Positions 58,937-59,012 of a DNA stretch of 59,012 nucleotides are shown piece after piece. The first letter of the stretch is position 1; the number at the start of each line of letters is the position of its first letter. The position numbers and the translations under genes were made by a program. Under the pieces are notes generated by a model. That model did no database searches and was not told the origin of the DNA. It was given only the letters and a program-made list of their open reading frames with translations. The DNA comes from Candidatus Moraniibacteriota bacterium (lineage in GTDB: Bacteria > Patescibacteriota > Minisyncoccia > Moranbacterales > UBA1568). The stretch covers positions 1-59,012 of the forward strand of contig CAITOC010000012.1 in NCBI GenBank assembly GCA_903893925.1, written 5' to 3'.

Positions 58937-59012
58937 TCATTTTCCCCTTCTCTGCCATATTGACATCTTTTCCGCCCCTTTGTCACAGGAATCTCGGAAG
59001 GATATCATACAA
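58937..59012 (-). CDS. Probable 3' end of an upstream operon gene (..CMISFRDSCDKGAEKMSIWQRRGK*)
   Basis: Open frame to the window edge ending 3 nt before the rSAM ATG. Confidence 0.35.
   Translation of the reverse strand, partial: CMISFRDSCDKGAEKMSIWQRRGK

Noticed and set aside
1..59012. Alternative genetic code (UGA=Gly)
   Set aside because: Conserved genes are full length under code 11 and several end naturally at TGA

Overview
Chromosomal window of a bacterium that uses genetic code 11. The gene set suggests Patescibacteria/CPR, possibly Parcubacteria/Moranbacteria-like; this is inference from short Rel, DUF5663, PaaX/Cas2-like orphan and CPR-type Cys-rich surface protein. Housekeeping genes (lexA, DEAD-box helicase, pyk, rel, mltG, rmuC, rplY, gyrB, glycosyltransferases, transporters) are interspersed with accessory material. 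(i) A ~12 kb ORFan island (12.0-23.9 kb) of single-gene units joined by re-used terminator, promoter and palindrome modules, including an orphan wHTH-Cas2-like (PaaX-type) gene bracketed by 65-bp direct repeats. (ii) A REP-associated tyrosine transposase with its palindrome downstream, upstream and in-frame inside the gene, plus a related 104-bp MITE in three copies. (iii) A 1.3-kaa protein with glycine zippers and a C-terminal DHH domain. (iv) A candidate ~180-nt ncRNA with its own promoter and terminator after rplY. (v) At the right end, a tightly coupled operon of at least four radical SAM enzymes and an A24 (FlaK-like) peptidase, followed by a secreted Cys-repeat protein; this is the best candidate for an undescribed peptide or surface-protein modification system. 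No tRNA, rRNA or CRISPR array was recognised.
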